Source of the DNA: the human T2T-CHM13v2.0 reference genome, Homo sapiens
Assembly (NCBI RefSeq): GCF_009914755.1
Contig: NC_060939.1
Strand: one strand, 5' to 3'
Length of the DNA stretch: 64,000 nt
Shown here: positions 1 to 15,392 of the stretch, in pieces
How the letters are laid out: every line of letters begins with the position of its first letter
How positions within the stretch are numbered: the first letter of the stretch is position 1
Position numbers and translations under genes: made by a program
The notes under the pieces: generated by a model
What the model was told of the DNA's origin: nothing
What the model saw: only the letters and a program-made list of their open reading frames with translations
Databases searched by the model: none

Positions 1-149
1 GTCACACAGTCGCCGGAGCTTACCAGAGACTCACAAACTGAGTTTGCTTTGGACCAAGAATAAGAAAGTAAATTAAAGTAGAAAGACCTTTTCGGATTTG
101 ACACCAAGCAAAAATCATTCCCCACACGGTTATGTCCATTATAGCTGCT

Positions 150-330
150 GTTGATGAAGTACCTACTGTGAGTCAGGTGCGTGCTAAATACTCGACATTC
201 ACATATCCACTTTGTCATCAGTGTATTAGGAGATGGGGGTTATTTTCCCCGATCTACAGATGGGGAAATTGAGGCTGAGAGCTCAAAGAGGTTGCTCAAG
301 TCCACCCTGGTAGTGAGTGTCAGGCCCATG
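150..330 (-). mobile_element. MIR SINE fragment
   Basis: MIR core-like 'tacagatggggaaattgaggctgagag...gttgctcaagtccac'; boundaries approximate. Confidence 0.6.
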
Positions 331-1508
331 CTGCCTTACTTCCTTTGTAGTTATTCAGAAGACCCATGGTTTCTGAAATACCTTGAGAATTTGTGCCACT
401 GCCACCTCCCACTCAGGATTTGCAAGGCTAGGAGAGGACAGGCAGGGTCAACTCAGGGGAAGAAGCCTGAAGGAAAACGGTGATGAATTTCCAAGCCCGA
501 TGCGAGTGAAAATGTTTCAGACCTTCTTGCCTGGCTCTGCTGATGTGTGGTCAGAAGAGGGTGAGCTTTATGTTTTCCAGAGCTCTAAATCATGACAAAT
601 GGCACTGCAACCTGATTGCCTCATTTACTCTTGTCCCGGCAAAAAGATTGAACGCCACACTGCTGACACAGAGAAGGAATTTAGTGTTGGTTGCTGAACA
701 GTGGAGCTGAAATGGACACAAGGGGTCATTTATTCCCACCCTTAATGTGATGAGGAGAGCAGAACTTGGTGATGTCCAGCTGACGCACTGCAACCACATT
801 GTCTCTTGCTGCTGTCATTATTAATGCTATTAACATCGTCAATATCAAGAGGTCATTTAATATTCACTAGTAGTTTGAAAAACAAGATCACGTGAATTAT
901 GATGATGCATTATATGTCACTCAGTGATTCTAGGTATCTTTCATCCTTACAATGATTATTTCATTGGATTCTTACTGTAAGGTAAGGATTATCATCCAAC
1001 CTCTGCCCCCTAACCATGGAGAAAGCGGCTCACAGGACTTGCACCCAGCGAGGCCTCAGGTCAGGCTGGCCTCGGCCCCAGCCGGCCTCCCCACAGCTCT
1101 CCTTGCTGGCAGTGCTCAGGCACGTGCCCCTGGTCTCGGGTTAGTATGCCACTTGGCCTCGAGTCCAGGAGGAGCCATCAGTGACTGTGCCGTCCCCAGT
1201 CCGATTGAGGAAAGTGATGAGTGGGCCACAGCCTCCACACTTCACGAATCCCATCGCGTCTCATGTCCTCAGTCTGCCTCCCTCCAGGCCTTTGCAGGAG
1301 GCCTCTCCACCCTCAGACCTCTACAAGTCCCAGAGGACCCCTATATCCTCCCCCCTGCATCTCTCCTTCTCTTCCTCTCCCTGCTTCCCTTTCATCCTTG
1401 AGCAGATTTGGCATTGAGTTGTTAGCTCCTCATCGGCTGATGAGGGCAGCATTGTTTCCTGTGCTCTGCACACTGTTTAGGTGAATGTTTGTGTTCTCAG
1501 ATGGCCCC

Positions 1509-1864
1509 TGAAATGGCTTGGCTGTGTGTCCCCACCCAAATCTCACCTTGGATTATAATAATCCCTACATGTCAAGGGCGGGACTAGTAGAGGTAATTGG
1601 ATTATGGGGGCAATTCCCCCATGCTGTTCACGTGATAGTGAGTGAGTCTCACGAGATCTGATGGTTTTATAAGCGTCTGGCATTTCCCCTGCTCGCACTC
1701 ATTCTCTCTTCTGCCACCCTGTGAAGAGGTGCCTTCCGCCATGATTGTATGTTTCCTGAGGCCTCCCCAGCCATGTGGAACTGTGAGTCAATTATACCTC
1801 TTTTCTTGATAAATTACCTAGTCTTGGGTATTTCTTCATAGCAGCGTGAGAACGGACTAATACA
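1509..1864 (+). mobile_element. THE1 (THE1D-like) MaLR solo LTR
   Basis: TG...CA ends, 'ggctgtgtgtccccacccaaatctca' start, 'gagaacggactaataca' end; 5-bp flanks gcccc/gtccc (4/5 TSD). Confidence 0.9.
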
Positions 1865-1929
1865 GTCCCTGACTCCCAGAACTGCCCTAAGCTTTGGGCT
1901 CCTTTGCAAGCTTCCAGATTAATATATTC

Positions 1930-2230
1930 CAGCCTAGTCACATCTTTTAGAGGTTGCCCACTCTCCTCGGCTTATGGCCCCCCTTACCCCATCCTCAAGC
2001 CAGCAGTGGTGAGTGGAGCCCTTTTGTCATGCTTCTAATCTCTCTGATTAGGGAAGTTCTCTGTTTTTAAGGAGGCAAGTGATTAGATTGTGCCCCCTGG
2101 GAAAATCACATATAATCTTCTGATATTAAGGTCCAGAACCTGAATTCCATGTGCAACAGTGTCTTTTGCCAAGTAAGGTACCATATTCACAAGTGTGACA
2201 CCAGGGGTGCAGGTCCTGCTTGCCACACCA
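1930..2230 (-). mobile_element. Old MLT1-type MaLR LTR fragment
   Basis: MLT1-like motifs 'tgattagattgtgcccc', 'cttttgccaagtaaggtaccatattcaca'. Confidence 0.6.
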
Positions 2231-2379
2231 CCTTCACACCCAGGATGGCGTGGACAGCAGGTGCCTGTTGCAGAGTGGAAGGCTTGGAGTAGGGAATGCG
2301 GCCGGGCGCTGCTTCAGGTGCTCTGTGCTTGTAAATCTCGATGTAGGTCATGCAGTCATAGCCAGAGCCCTCAGACATG

Positions 2380-3175
<796 letters not shown>

Positions 3176-5483
3176 TAACACCCCCCTAAGCAGGAAAGGT
3201 AGACAGCTTCCTACAAATACCCCAGTTACCTGCTTCCCCACCTCCTGCTTTAAACAGTGCAGAGATTTCCCTGGAGTTGAAATTGGGAAAGCACAACCAG
3301 GCAGCCTACAGAGAAGAGCTGAAATGTACAAGAAGGAAGCAGATGCTCTCAATGCCAAGTGCCCTGGGCTGGCCTGAGCCCTGCAGGGCCAATATAGCCC
3401 CATCCCAGCCTGGCTTCCCTTGACACAAAGTTGGTGGGGAAACCAAAGAAACAGGATGCATTGCATCTCCAGAGCCTGCAAGTTATGTGGCCAGATGTCT
3501 CCAGGACAGGAAGGCCCAGCCATAGAGGTCAAGGTCACCAGGGGTGCTGTGAGCAAGGGAGGGGATTTTGAGCTCCAAAGAGCCTCTGCAGCCTTGGAGA
3601 AAAGCCTAAAGGGAGGGAGGGGGCCCTGATGGCAGAAAGAGCTCTAAGCCCCAGAGGATATTTTCAGGGGAACGCTCTGTCAGCATAGCTGATTGTCAGC
3701 ACCCCTACCGTTGCAGCTGGCCGAGCACACAGGCCATTTAGTGCATAGCCTGTTCTGCATGCACACACACGCAGTCAGCACCCTGTTGACCCATGGGCCT
3801 GCGCGCTGGGCATCCCTGGGGGATATGAGAGTCTGGGAGGATGGCTTCACCATTTGGTTACCATGCTAAAGGGAAAGGCAGAGGGAACCGGCCGGTTTTA
3901 TGCAAACCAGTGGAAAGTAGTGCAGCAGGAGTTTGGTGTAAGCAATTGCGATGCTGAGGGAGGATGCTCCAGTTTGGAGCTGTTTCATGTAGTTCTTTAA
4001 ATATTAATAACTGGGATTTCTACTCCTATTTGCATTCTACAATCTTTTAAAACAAACACTACCAAATTTTCCTACCCTCAACTCAAAAATAAAACAAAAT
4101 GAAAAGAACTACCGCCAAAATAATTAGAAGTAGGAGAGTAATTTCAAGTCCTACTGTAAAACAGAATGCCATTTCACTTCTTCAAGTGCTAAGGAGACAA
4201 AGACTTGGATCACCAGTAGAGATCCAGTCCTTGCTACCAACATACCCTCTGCCTCTTCTTTGCCCATTTCTCAGCTCTGCTCCCTCACCTGCTGCGGACT
4301 ATGGGGAAAGTGCACCTTTGCACTGCGGGCCTGTCCAGGCACTGCTGAGATTGTTGGCTCCTCTTGTGTTAGAGGGCAGATTTTTGCCACATGTGATTGC
4401 TATGGTTCCTTCGTCTCCGACATATGCCATGTTTTGAGTTGGCACTCAGTGAAGCATCCACAGTGGCCCTTGCTGAGCTGTGGGCTTCCATCCCAACAGT
4501 AAGCACTGCAACTGTGCTGTCAGACTCTAATGTCCCAACACGCAGTCCCTGCAGCAGCAGACCACTACTCTGACAGACAGACCAGGGCCTGCGCTGATGG
4601 AGCCCCCAAAGCCTGTTCTCCCCACGTTCACAGTGCATCCCAGCTCTCTGGCCATACCATCCACTCCTCGCAATTCAGCCAAAGTTTTTTGAATTGCTCT
4701 TCCTCCACCCCTCAAAGAACACTTCCCATCTCCCCAAGGTGAGGCAAATCCAGGTAGCAAGAAGACTGGCCCAGCGGGCCTCACACTCCCTGACCACAGC
4801 TCCCGACCTCAGCTCCTTACCAGTTCACCGTGAGGACGGCATCATTCTCAGCAATGAATGGGAGGTCTCCTTGTGCCTCCCACACAGCCAGGCAAATCCA
4901 GAGAAGGCACTGGGGCATTGCCAATGAAATGCCCCCGATTTCAAAGAACAGGCAACACCTCTCTGGTAGGTGGCAGAAGGGTTGAGCTGCCAGGACCCAG
5001 AGCCTCCTGAGCTGCTGCATCTCACTCTGCACCTGCGACACAGCCAGCACAGGGCCTGCTGCTGGTGGGAGTGGTCGTCTCACCTCCCTGGAGCCTCTAG
5101 ACTGGAAACAGGAAGGACTCTGTCCACCCTCTGCAGGGCTCTGTGAAATCCTGAGTTACATCTGGGGAGGCTAAATCCTGAAATCCTAATTGCAGAAGCA
5201 GGCGAGGGAGTGGGGGGAGAGAGGCACAGATTGTGACTGGAGATTAGTAAAACACACAAATCTGATTTTCCCCAGGAAGAGCATCCGTCATCAAAGGCTC
5301 TTCAGAGACCAGGGGTCATAAGACTTACTTATAAAATGACCGATAACAAATTCATGCATCCTCCTGTGTCCTCTCCTTAACCCAGATCATACAAATGAAT
5401 GCTTGTCCAAACCGACAGGGGAGTGGAAGGGAGGCTCCTGGTGAACTCCTTGGATGCAGCAAGCAGAGACTCTAGGGGACTGA

Positions 5484-5789
<306 letters not shown>

Positions 5790-5961
5790 TGACCCACTAA
5801 TTAAGAATTTAATGTTAAGGATTAGAGTTTAGGATTTCTCTCCAAAGAAGGGTTTAAGGAATATCACATGGTCTATTTGATAGTTATTTACTTGTTGAAA
5901 AGCCTTTTTGTGTGGTTTGACATTGCCAGCATGTATCTGTTTTATGTGAGATTTTGCTATG

Positions 5962-6189
5962 CAGGTTGAGCATTCCTTATCCCAAATGCTTGGGACCGGA
6001 AGTGTTTCAGATATCAGATTTTTTTTAAATTTTGGAAGAATTGCATGATACCAGTTGAGCATCCCTAATCTGAAAATCCGAAATGAGCTCCACGGAGCAT
6101 TTTCTTTGAGCATTACGTCGGTGCCCAAAAAGTTTTGGATTCTGTAGCGTTTCAGGTTTTGGATTTTTAAAATAAGGATACTCAGTCTG
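5962..6189 (+). mobile_element. Tigger4a/MER46-like (Zombi) non-autonomous DNA transposon
   Basis: Terminal inverted repeats caggttgagcattcc...ggatactcagtctg followed by TA; ~230 bp; characteristic internal 'aaatgcttgggacc'. Confidence 0.8.
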
Positions 6190-7159
6190 TAGAATTTTTG
6201 GTTCTCACCAAGTATGACTTTGTAAGTTAGGCAGTTTTCTTTGAAATGTGCCTGCCACTTTAAAATTAACCACCAAATAACAATCAATGAGATACAATAG
6301 TAATAAATTAAATATATATACCTGGTAAGAATCTAGAGCAGCATCATTTTACATCCCTAAGACATAAACTAAATTGGGAGAGCTCTAACTCAGGAGGTAC
6401 CTCGGCCCAGCAGGCACAGTTGAGCGTCTGAGTCTTAATTACCTCGAAGCTCAGCTTCCTCAGATTCAGGAAGATACTAAAGGCAGTTTTGCCAGTCAGT
6501 CGTGATCCTGGATGCTCACATCGTTGTAAACTGTAAAGTACGATTCACACATCAGCATTTGCTATTGCAGTTTCCTTTCCAAAGCAGGAAAATATTAGCG
6601 TGCATTTTATCTTAATGCTCCCCCAGGGTGTAGGCTGATCAAGAGCACAGGGAGTTCAGGAGTGAGTGGCACAGGGGTGCTCCCGTCTGATCATCACTCT
6701 GCCTCCAGTCAAGAGTCCAGCTTCACTTACCAAGCCTGAGCGAGCATCAGGATTGTTTCAGGAAGGTGTGGAGGTTGGCTGGTGGCCAGGCAGTGCTCCC
6801 CAAGTTAATGTGCCTGATGAACTCTTTAGGGGAAATTTAGCTGGTAGGCAGAAAAAAAGCTGGGAGGGTATTGCCTGTTATTGTTGGGTTTTTTGGCGGG
6901 GGGTGGAGGGAGATTCCCAATGCATGTTAAGATATTAAAGGCCCAAGAAGAAGACTCAAGAGGCTTGTTTAAGATCATGCATAGAACACTTCCCCCGCAA
7001 CACAGTGATTAAGTGGATTTCTCAAAAAAAAAATCAAAGATTTCTATTGATTCCTTTGGAAGTGTTGATTTCATGCAGGGAATGACGTTCATGGAGTACT
7101 TGTAGAGCTGTGAAGGATGGCATTGAATGAAGCCCCAGCCATACTACGTGTCCTTGGTG

Positions 7160-7588
7160 CTGTGCTGGTCTCCTGGGACTGCCGTAACCAAGTCCCACAC
7201 ACTGGGGACTTATACAGCAGAAATGTATCATCTCACACTTCTGGAGGCTGGAAGGCTGGGATCAGGGTGTTGGCAGGGCTGGCTCTTCCTGAGGCCTGCA
7301 AGGGAAGGATCTGTTCCTGGCCTGTCTCCTGGCCTCTGGTAGCTCTTTAGCTCATGGCAGCATCACTCCCGCCCTCACACGGCATGCTCCCTGTGTGCAT
7401 GTCTGTCTCCAAGGTTCCCCATTTTATAAGGCATCAGTCATAGCAGATGAGGGCCTATCCCAGTGACCTCATTTTAACTTAATTATTTCTTTAAATACTG
7501 TATTTCCAAATAAGGCTGTAATCTAGAGTACTGGAGGTTAGGACTTCAACATATGAATTTTGCAGGCCCACAGTTTGACCAATAGCAG
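7160..7588 (-). mobile_element. MLT1B/C-type MaLR LTR
   Basis: 'ggactgccgtaaccaagtcccacacactgggg...cttctggaggctggaag' and 'gttaggacttcaacatatgaatttt' motifs. Confidence 0.8.
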
Positions 7589-8422
7589 GTGTGTTACACC
7601 CCCATCGCCCACACAGGTGCACGCTTATGCAGAAGGCAGGGCTAGCAGGTGGAAGCTATGTGAACTGCGAGAGTCCAGCAGGCCTGGCTCCCAGTGTGGG
7701 TAGTCTCATCTCCTTGCTGGCGAGCTTGGGCACCTCGCTAAACACTTTTAAATCTTCAGGCTCCTCCACCTGCCAAACAGGGATACTGACACCCATCCAG
7801 AGTGCAGCTTAGACGAGAGTCTGACACTCAGTGGACCCAGTAGCTGGTGCATAATCTGCCAGTCCAAAGGACTGTCCCCTTCCAGGGATCCAGCCTGGCT
7901 GTGTGGTCACTGCAAAGTTTTCCTAGTGGCCACAGGCACCATGCACAGCAGGCTCCAGGGGATACTGTTCCCTCTTTGAGGGAGTGACATGCCCAGACCC
8001 AGATTTAGATATGGCGCTTCTGTTACTCTCTGGCTCTTACAAGTCTGCAGTCGGGTGAAAGTCTGTCTCACCTGTTTGCAGGGAGCCCTCTACTTCCAGG
8101 TGCATAGTAAGTCACTGGGAGGCACCTACTGGCTGCGGCATGAATGTGACTGTCATTCTGCCTTGGATCTTGCCTTAGTGCTGCAGAATCGTATCACTCA
8201 CTCTACACGTCTTTGTTGAGCACTGGCTGTTTGCCTGGCTTTGTTCATGGCAGTGGGAGCCAAAATCAGACCTGAATCCCTGCCCTCCTCAGTTCACATT
8301 CTAAAGGGAAGGGACAATCAAGACACAGAACATCAGCAATCATCTATCTAAGTGCAGTGAATGTGCTAGATGTTAGCAAAACAGTAGAGGAAGGCGCAGG
8401 CTGGGATTAAAATCACCAGTCC

Positions 8423-8685
8423 CTTGGGAGGCCGAGGTGGGTGGATCGCATGAGGCCAGGAATTCGAGACCAGCCTGGCCAACTTGGCAAAACCTCGTCT
8501 CTATTAAAAATACAGAAATTAGCCAGGTGTGGTGACACCTGCCTGTAATCCCAGCTACTCAGGCAGCTGAGGCACAAGAATCGCTTGAACCAGGGAGGCA
8601 GAGCTTGCAGTGAGCCGAGATTGTGCCACTGCACTCCAGCCTGGGCGACAGAGCAAGACTCTGTCTCAAAATAAAAATAAAAATA
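8423..8685 (+). mobile_element. AluS, 5'-truncated
   Basis: Alu dimer with (AAAAAT)n tail; degenerate TSD aaaatcaccagtccc / aaaatgactagtccc; ends ~110 nt upstream of the next exon. Confidence 0.92.
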
Positions 8686-8755
8686 AAAATGACTAGTCCC
8701 CTTTGTGTCTATCACTTTGGGCATGTTGTACTGGGGTCCTGGGTGCCAGCACTGA

Positions 8756-9205
<450 letters not shown>

Positions 9206-11951
9206 TGAATGGCTTGGCCCTATTTATATTCAAGCCTATTATTTTGGCAGAAGTAACTCCTGCATCTTGAGGGACGACTTGTCTGGTTTTAGTTGTGGAA
9301 TCTGTTCTTACGCTCATTTTATCTCATTTCACCATGCAGGGTGTCCTCTTCAGGTGGCCCTCAGGTCGAGAAGGGGGCACCAATGTAATGGAAGGAGTTC
9401 CTCAGCAAAGCACACCCAAGCCCCACCGAGTGCATGATTGAACCCCCTTACACCAGGCACATAAATTGTTGTGAAAGCATTACTCTGTTCAAAGCAAAGA
9501 ACCACCAAGTATTTAAAGGATGATTTATGCCCAAACATTTGAAGAAAAAATGTTATTCCAAGCTGCACTGTTTCCTTGGGGAGATAAGAATAACATTCGT
9601 GGACAGTAAATAAAGCAGCATGTGGTGAACGGCTAATTTCGCCACACAGAAAACAAACACACAAATCTCTGTATGGAGAGAACAGGAGGTCAGAGCCATC
9701 GGGGCGACCTGAAAGTAAAACTTAATCTGTCCTTTGGAAAATCAGCATGAAGGGAGTCCTGGAAGGCATTAGAGAGGCCTCGAAGTGTAAGTCCGACCTC
9801 CCAGCCAAGGGCCACAAGCCAGTTACAGCAGAGCAGGAGGCCCTGGTTCCACTGGGAGACCTGCTTCCATCCCATCCACAGCCCCGTGCTTGCTCTGAGG
9901 GTTTGACTCTGCTGTCAGGAGTTCTGGCCTGACCTCGCCCGTTGGGCCTTCACTATTTCCAAGTGCCAGGAGCCCCTCCCCCACTGTAGTTTCAGCATAG
10001 AAGCCCCACTTCCAAGCCTAGCTCCCAGGTTGGAGGAAGGCCTGGCAGGACCCATTCTGGGTGCTCTCATGAAGGGAGGAAAGGGGAAACCGGAGGAAGG
10101 GCCTCGGGCATGGGTATGCTTTGAGGGCTGAGAGGAGGGACAGGAGTGATCTGACTGCACTGGGTGATAGGGACTCGGGGGCTGGCAGCAGGCTGTTCTC
10201 AGACGATAGAGGTTCTTGGCCGACACGTTTGAACTTGTTCCTGCAGACCAGGGGTCCAGAGAAGGTGCTGTGTGGGGAGGAACGAGAATGGAGTCTGGGG
10301 AGACGGGGCTTCCCAACACCCTGCACTGTGTTGCTGGAAGGTGCTTGTTTGTCACCTGCCTGGGACATAGATGGTGCATGATGGATAGTGGGCTGGAGCC
10401 TGGTCTGAGGTCAGGGAGGAGCCGGAAGTCCCTGGCAGTCACTGAGGTTGTTGGGCTCATGCCTGTGAGTCTAGGAGGAACGTGAGCCCCCGGGTGAATG
10501 GAGAGAGCACACCTGTGGCTGGGTGTTCTTGTTGGGTGTCGCCGACACTGTCAATCACCATGTCCGCTCTGCCTCCTGTGGCGGCTGATCTAATCACCAT
10601 AGATCTGAATTCTGAATGGAGGGTTGGAGGGAGGAGAGAGGATGAAAGTGACCTGCATTGTCTAATCCGAGGAGAGAAAGGGTCTTCTAGAATAAGCCGC
10701 GTGCCTCAAGCTGGCTTGTGGAATGTTCAGACTCGTTCCTGGGAAGGCAGTGGCGCTGGGGGTTCCACCCCTGCTGCCAGGAAGGCTCTGCGTGCTGGAA
10801 GCCATGGTGCATCTGCAGGCATGCAGGCCTCACACCCCGCGGTCAGACACTGGCGCGAGCGTGAATACCACAGCCTGGTGTCAGCCTACTCGAGTAAACT
10901 GTTCCATGGAAGTAGAGAGGACTTTAAAAAAATAGACTGTGTTCACCATTGTTCCAAGTTGGGATCTCCAGAAGCAAACACTGGGTCAGAGTTTGGGGTG
11001 TAAGGCAGTTTTTAGGAGTGAACGTTTGGGAAAGGAAACAGGAGGCAGTGAGATTCAGAGAGGAAGAGATCGAACCATGATGCAGGCCCAGCAAAGCCCA
11101 GGCTAACCCGCTGGGGCGTGTGAGCTGATGCCCAGTGGAGTTGCCTCATGTCAGGGATGTGGCCAGGGCTTTAGACTCCTGCCTCGCTGCCCACCAGATG
11201 TGTCTGATTTGCCCAGGAAGGGCCTGACTCTGGCCAGACAGCCCTCTGCAACTCAGGCTGCCAGAAGTTCTGACACCTGGCCACACTGCCTGCAGCTGGG
11301 GAGCACGTCCTTCTGGCAAGGCGGATTCCAGGGCGCGTGTAAATCTCCACCACCAGCGCCGTGACTATGCTGAGTCCCAGGCGGGTGCTCCCTGCCACCC
11401 GCCCCCACCCCTGCTGCACATTCCTTCCCAGTAAAAACGCACACCCTCAGGACAGAGCAGTATCTTCTAAAGGGCTTGCCCTTCACTTGGTTCTACCCAG
11501 AGATAGAACCATTCTAAGCAGTAACTCACATGTATGGATTTCTTCTGGCAGATCTGCATGAGCTCTCAGTGATGGTGGGGAAGGCGGGGACGGCAAAACT
11601 GCCATCGCATTTCCGAGGTGTGGCCCGCCTCCCTCAAGCTCCCGCACGGTTTCCCCAGGGGGTCCTCATGCCCCTGCCCCTGGCCTGGTTTTGGTTCACC
11701 TGTTTCACCTGTTTCCCCTGACGCCTGCTCCACGCTTGGGCTTTCTGCTTTTTATCTTTTCTTTATTCTTAATGGTTGACTTATTTTCTTTACTCTCTTG
11801 TGTTTTTCAAGTTTTAATTAATGAGACTATATTACTTTAGTAGTGGAACACAGGTTGTCTAACATTTTATTGTGCACATTTTTAAACATACAGCAATGTT
11901 TAAAGAGGTTTACGGTGAAAACCTGTCTGCTGTTAACACTTACGTATGCCT

Positions 11952-12241
11952 GTGTCCTCACCACCTGTCACCTCTCTCTCTATCTGTCCATCAATACACC
12001 CATCCTCAATTTATCTGTTTTTTTTTTTTTGCTACATTTCAAAATAAATTTCAGATGGCAATGCATTTCCCACTCCATATGTCAGCATGCATGTCATTAT
12101 AACTAGAGTCCAATACTAGCTTACTGTTTTATTCCTTTGAAGCAAAGTTTGTAGTGTGAAACGCACAAGTACTAACAGCACCTTTGCTGAGTGTGGACAA
12201 ATATGGACATTGTGTGTAACTCAAATCCCTGCCACAGTAGA
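11952..12241 (+). repeat. Direct repeat copy 1 (~290 bp, within an old L1M-like fragment)
   Basis: Aligns by eye to 15772-16057 with ~15 substitutions plus a poly-T length difference. Confidence 0.95.
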
Positions 12242-12369
12242 GGACATCACCAGCCTCCAGAAAGCTCACCATGCCTCTTCCCAGGCAGTGCTTGACCCCA
12301 CCTCTCCAAACATATCCACTATTTTTATTTCTTCCACCATAATGTAACTTACCTGTTTAGAATTTTATA

Positions 12370-12625
12370 TCCAAAAAAAAAAACTTCACAAAAAATGTAT
12401 ACAAGAATGTTCATAGCTGCTTAATCCGTAAGAGTTAAGATTAGAAAGCCCAGGTGTCCATCGATAGGATAGTAAACAAACGGTGGCACATTCATGCAAA
12501 GGTAGGTCACTCAGCCATAAAAAGGAGGGGACGACTGATATACATAGCAATATGGGTGATTCTCAAAAGCCTTGTGCTGGGTGGAAGATACCTTCCCAAA
12601 AGAATGCATTCTGTACCATGATGTT
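12370..12625 (+). mobile_element. L1M (L1MB/ME-like) 3' fragment
   Basis: 'tgtatacaagaatgttcatagctgc...ccaggtgtccatcga...atgggtgattctcaaaa' L1M 3' UTR pattern. Confidence 0.65.
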
Positions 12626-12796
12626 TAATCGCATCCTTTCCTCCTTCCCAGCAGGCCACATCTTAGGGCTTCCCTTATATCCACACACCGTATTCCCTCC
12701 CGCTGGTGCACTTGAAGGTAAAGAAGCGATGGCTGCCTTGCAGGGGGCAAGTCCTAATTCCGTTTATGGCAAGATCTTGAGAAATGCCAGACTTTA

Positions 12797-13322
12797 TTTT
12801 TTTTCTTTTATTTTAGGTTCAGAGGTACATGTGCAGGTTTGTTGTATAGGTAACTCATGTCATGGGAGTTTGTTATACAGATCATTTTGTCACCCAGGTA
12901 CTAAGCCTAGTACCTAATAGTTATTTTTCTGCTCCTCTTCCTCCTCCCACCTTCCACCCCAATGTCTGTTGTTCCTCTCTTTGTGTTCATGAGTTCTCAT
13001 CATTCAGCTTCCCCTTGTAAGTAAGAACATGTGGTATTTGGTTTTCTGTTTCTGTGTTAGTTTGCTAAAGATAATGGCCTCCAGCTCCATCCATGTTCCT
13101 GCAAAAGACAGGATCTCATTCTTTTTATCATTCTTTTTTATGGCTGCACCATTCCATGGTGTATATGTACCACACTTTCTTTATCCAGTCTGTCATTGAT
13201 GGGCATTTAGGTTGATTCCATGTCTTTGCTATTGTGAATAGTGTTGCAGTGAACATTCTCATGCATGTGTCTTTATGGTAGAATGATCTGTATTCCTCTG
13301 GGAATGTATCCCGTTATGGGAT
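12797..13322 (-). mobile_element. Older L1PA 3' end, 5'-truncated
   Basis: Antisense L1 3' UTR ('ggtacatgtgcaggtttgtt...'); perfect 12-bp TSD tgccagacttta at 12785-12796 and 13323-13334. Confidence 0.9.
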
Positions 13323-13469
13323 TGCCAGACTTTAATAGCAATCATAGCTCTCATGTGTGCCCTGTCTGCAGGCTACCTGGCGACATCAGTGGAGGAGGGC
13401 CCTCTCCCAGGCTAAACAGGTGTTTCTCTCTTTTGAGAGGTATACCTTTAGAACTCCAAGGTGAGCTGA

Positions 13470-13817
<348 letters not shown>

Positions 13818-14184
13818 CCGGCCACACTCCCAAACTCCAAGACAGCCATACTTCCAGCGAAATGGTACCAAGGAGAGGTCTTGCTCACAGGGACTCTCCA
13901 TATGTGAGCACTATCTTTCAGGAAATTTTTGCATGTTTAATAATATGTACAAATAATATTGCCTTGATGTTTCTATATGTAACTTCAGATGTTTCCAAGA
14001 TGTCCCATTGATAATTCGAGCAAACAACTTTCTGGAAAAACAGGATACGATGACTGACACTCAGATGCCCAGTATCATACGTTGATAGTTTACAAACAAG
14101 ATACGTATATTTTTAACTGCTTCAAGTGTTACCTAACAATGTTTTTTATACTTCAAATGTCATTTCATACAAATTTTCCCAGTG

Positions 14185-14190
14185 AATAAA
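14185..14190 (+). terminator. Proximal poly(A) signal AATAAA
   Basis: Canonical hexamer in the 3' UTR; usage not demonstrable from sequence. Confidence 0.45.
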
Positions 14191-14759
14191 TATTTTAGGA
14201 AACTCTCCATGATTATTAGTTGACCAACTATATTGCGAGAAACAGAGATCATAAAGAGCACGTTTTCCATTATGAGGAAACTTGGACATTTATGTACAAA
14301 ATGAATTGCCTTTGATAATTCTTACTGTTCTGAAATTAGGAAAGTACTGCATGATCTTACACGAAGAAATAGAATAGGCAAACTTTTATGCAGGCAGATT
14401 AATAACAGAAATACATCATATGTTAGATACACAAAATATTTCCCTGAGGAAAAAAAATCAACTGCTTAAATTTTTTGGGAAGAAAAAGAAACATTTCTTA
14501 CCCCACACCACCCACTACCTGAACAATAGCCAAGAAAGGAAAGGAGATGTTAAAACAAACAGTGTTTTGATGACATTCTCAGCACTTGGCCCATGTGATC
14601 GCTGTCTCTGAAACACTGACCACCTCTCCCTACAGCCAGCGTGTAGTGCTTCAGTGGTGAGAAATTGTAATTGAGTTATTTTCCATTTTATTTCCTTGTA
14701 TGTATTTCATGACTGGACTTACTGCTCTGTCAGCTTTTGTATATGAATCTTAAATGTTC

Positions 14760-14772
14760 ATTAAAAAATAAA
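14760..14772 (+). terminator. Distal poly(A) signal (ATTAAA + AATAAA)
   Basis: Tandem hexamers, TGTA elements upstream, T/GT-rich tract downstream (14784-14835). Confidence 0.75.
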
Positions 14773-15171
14773 AAATGAACTGATCTTGTGGACATATAGG
14801 ATTCTTTTTTTTTTTTAATTTCATGTTTTGGTGGACTCATTTCCTGAAAGTGGCATAAATGGAACCCACCGTGAAATTGCTTGGGAACGAATCAAAACAA
14901 AACAAAACGTTTACTTGGTGGCTTGTCTCTGGTCCAACCTAATTCCACAGAGTAGCACCTGGAGAGAAAACTTACTTAAACCACAGCGAGGGTAGACAGC
15001 TAAAAGCAGGTATAGTCCATCACAAATTTCTCAGTGGTGCAGTGTCGCTTGGGCCTCTACTTGATAGAGTCTTCTCTGAGTGTGTTTCAAGGTGGGTGTT
15101 TGTTGTGGGCATGGTGACTACTTGGTTCTTTACATATGGGAAGATTTCATTATCCCCCCGTCCCACCCCAC

Positions 15172-15392
15172 TTTTTTTTTGGGACAGGGTCTTGCTCTGT
15201 TGCCCAGACTGGCATGCAGTGGCTCAATAATGGCTCACTGTAGCCTCAACCTCATAGGCTAAAGCAATTCTCCCACCTCAGACCCCTAAGTAGCTGGGAC
15301 CACAGGCATGCACCACCATGCCTGGCTAATTTTTAAATTTTTCATAGAGACAGGGGTCTCACTATGTTGCCCAGGCTAGTCCTGAACTCCTG
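15172..15392 (-). mobile_element. AluJ, partial
   Basis: 'gacagggtcttgctctgttgccc...actatgttgcccaggctagt' AluJ-type diagnostics. Confidence 0.85.

Larger units (their letters stand above)
13818..14790 (+). other. GABRA5: GABRA5 3' UTR (end approximate)
   Basis: AT-rich, repeat-free sequence between the stop codon and the distal poly(A) signal. Confidence 0.75.
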
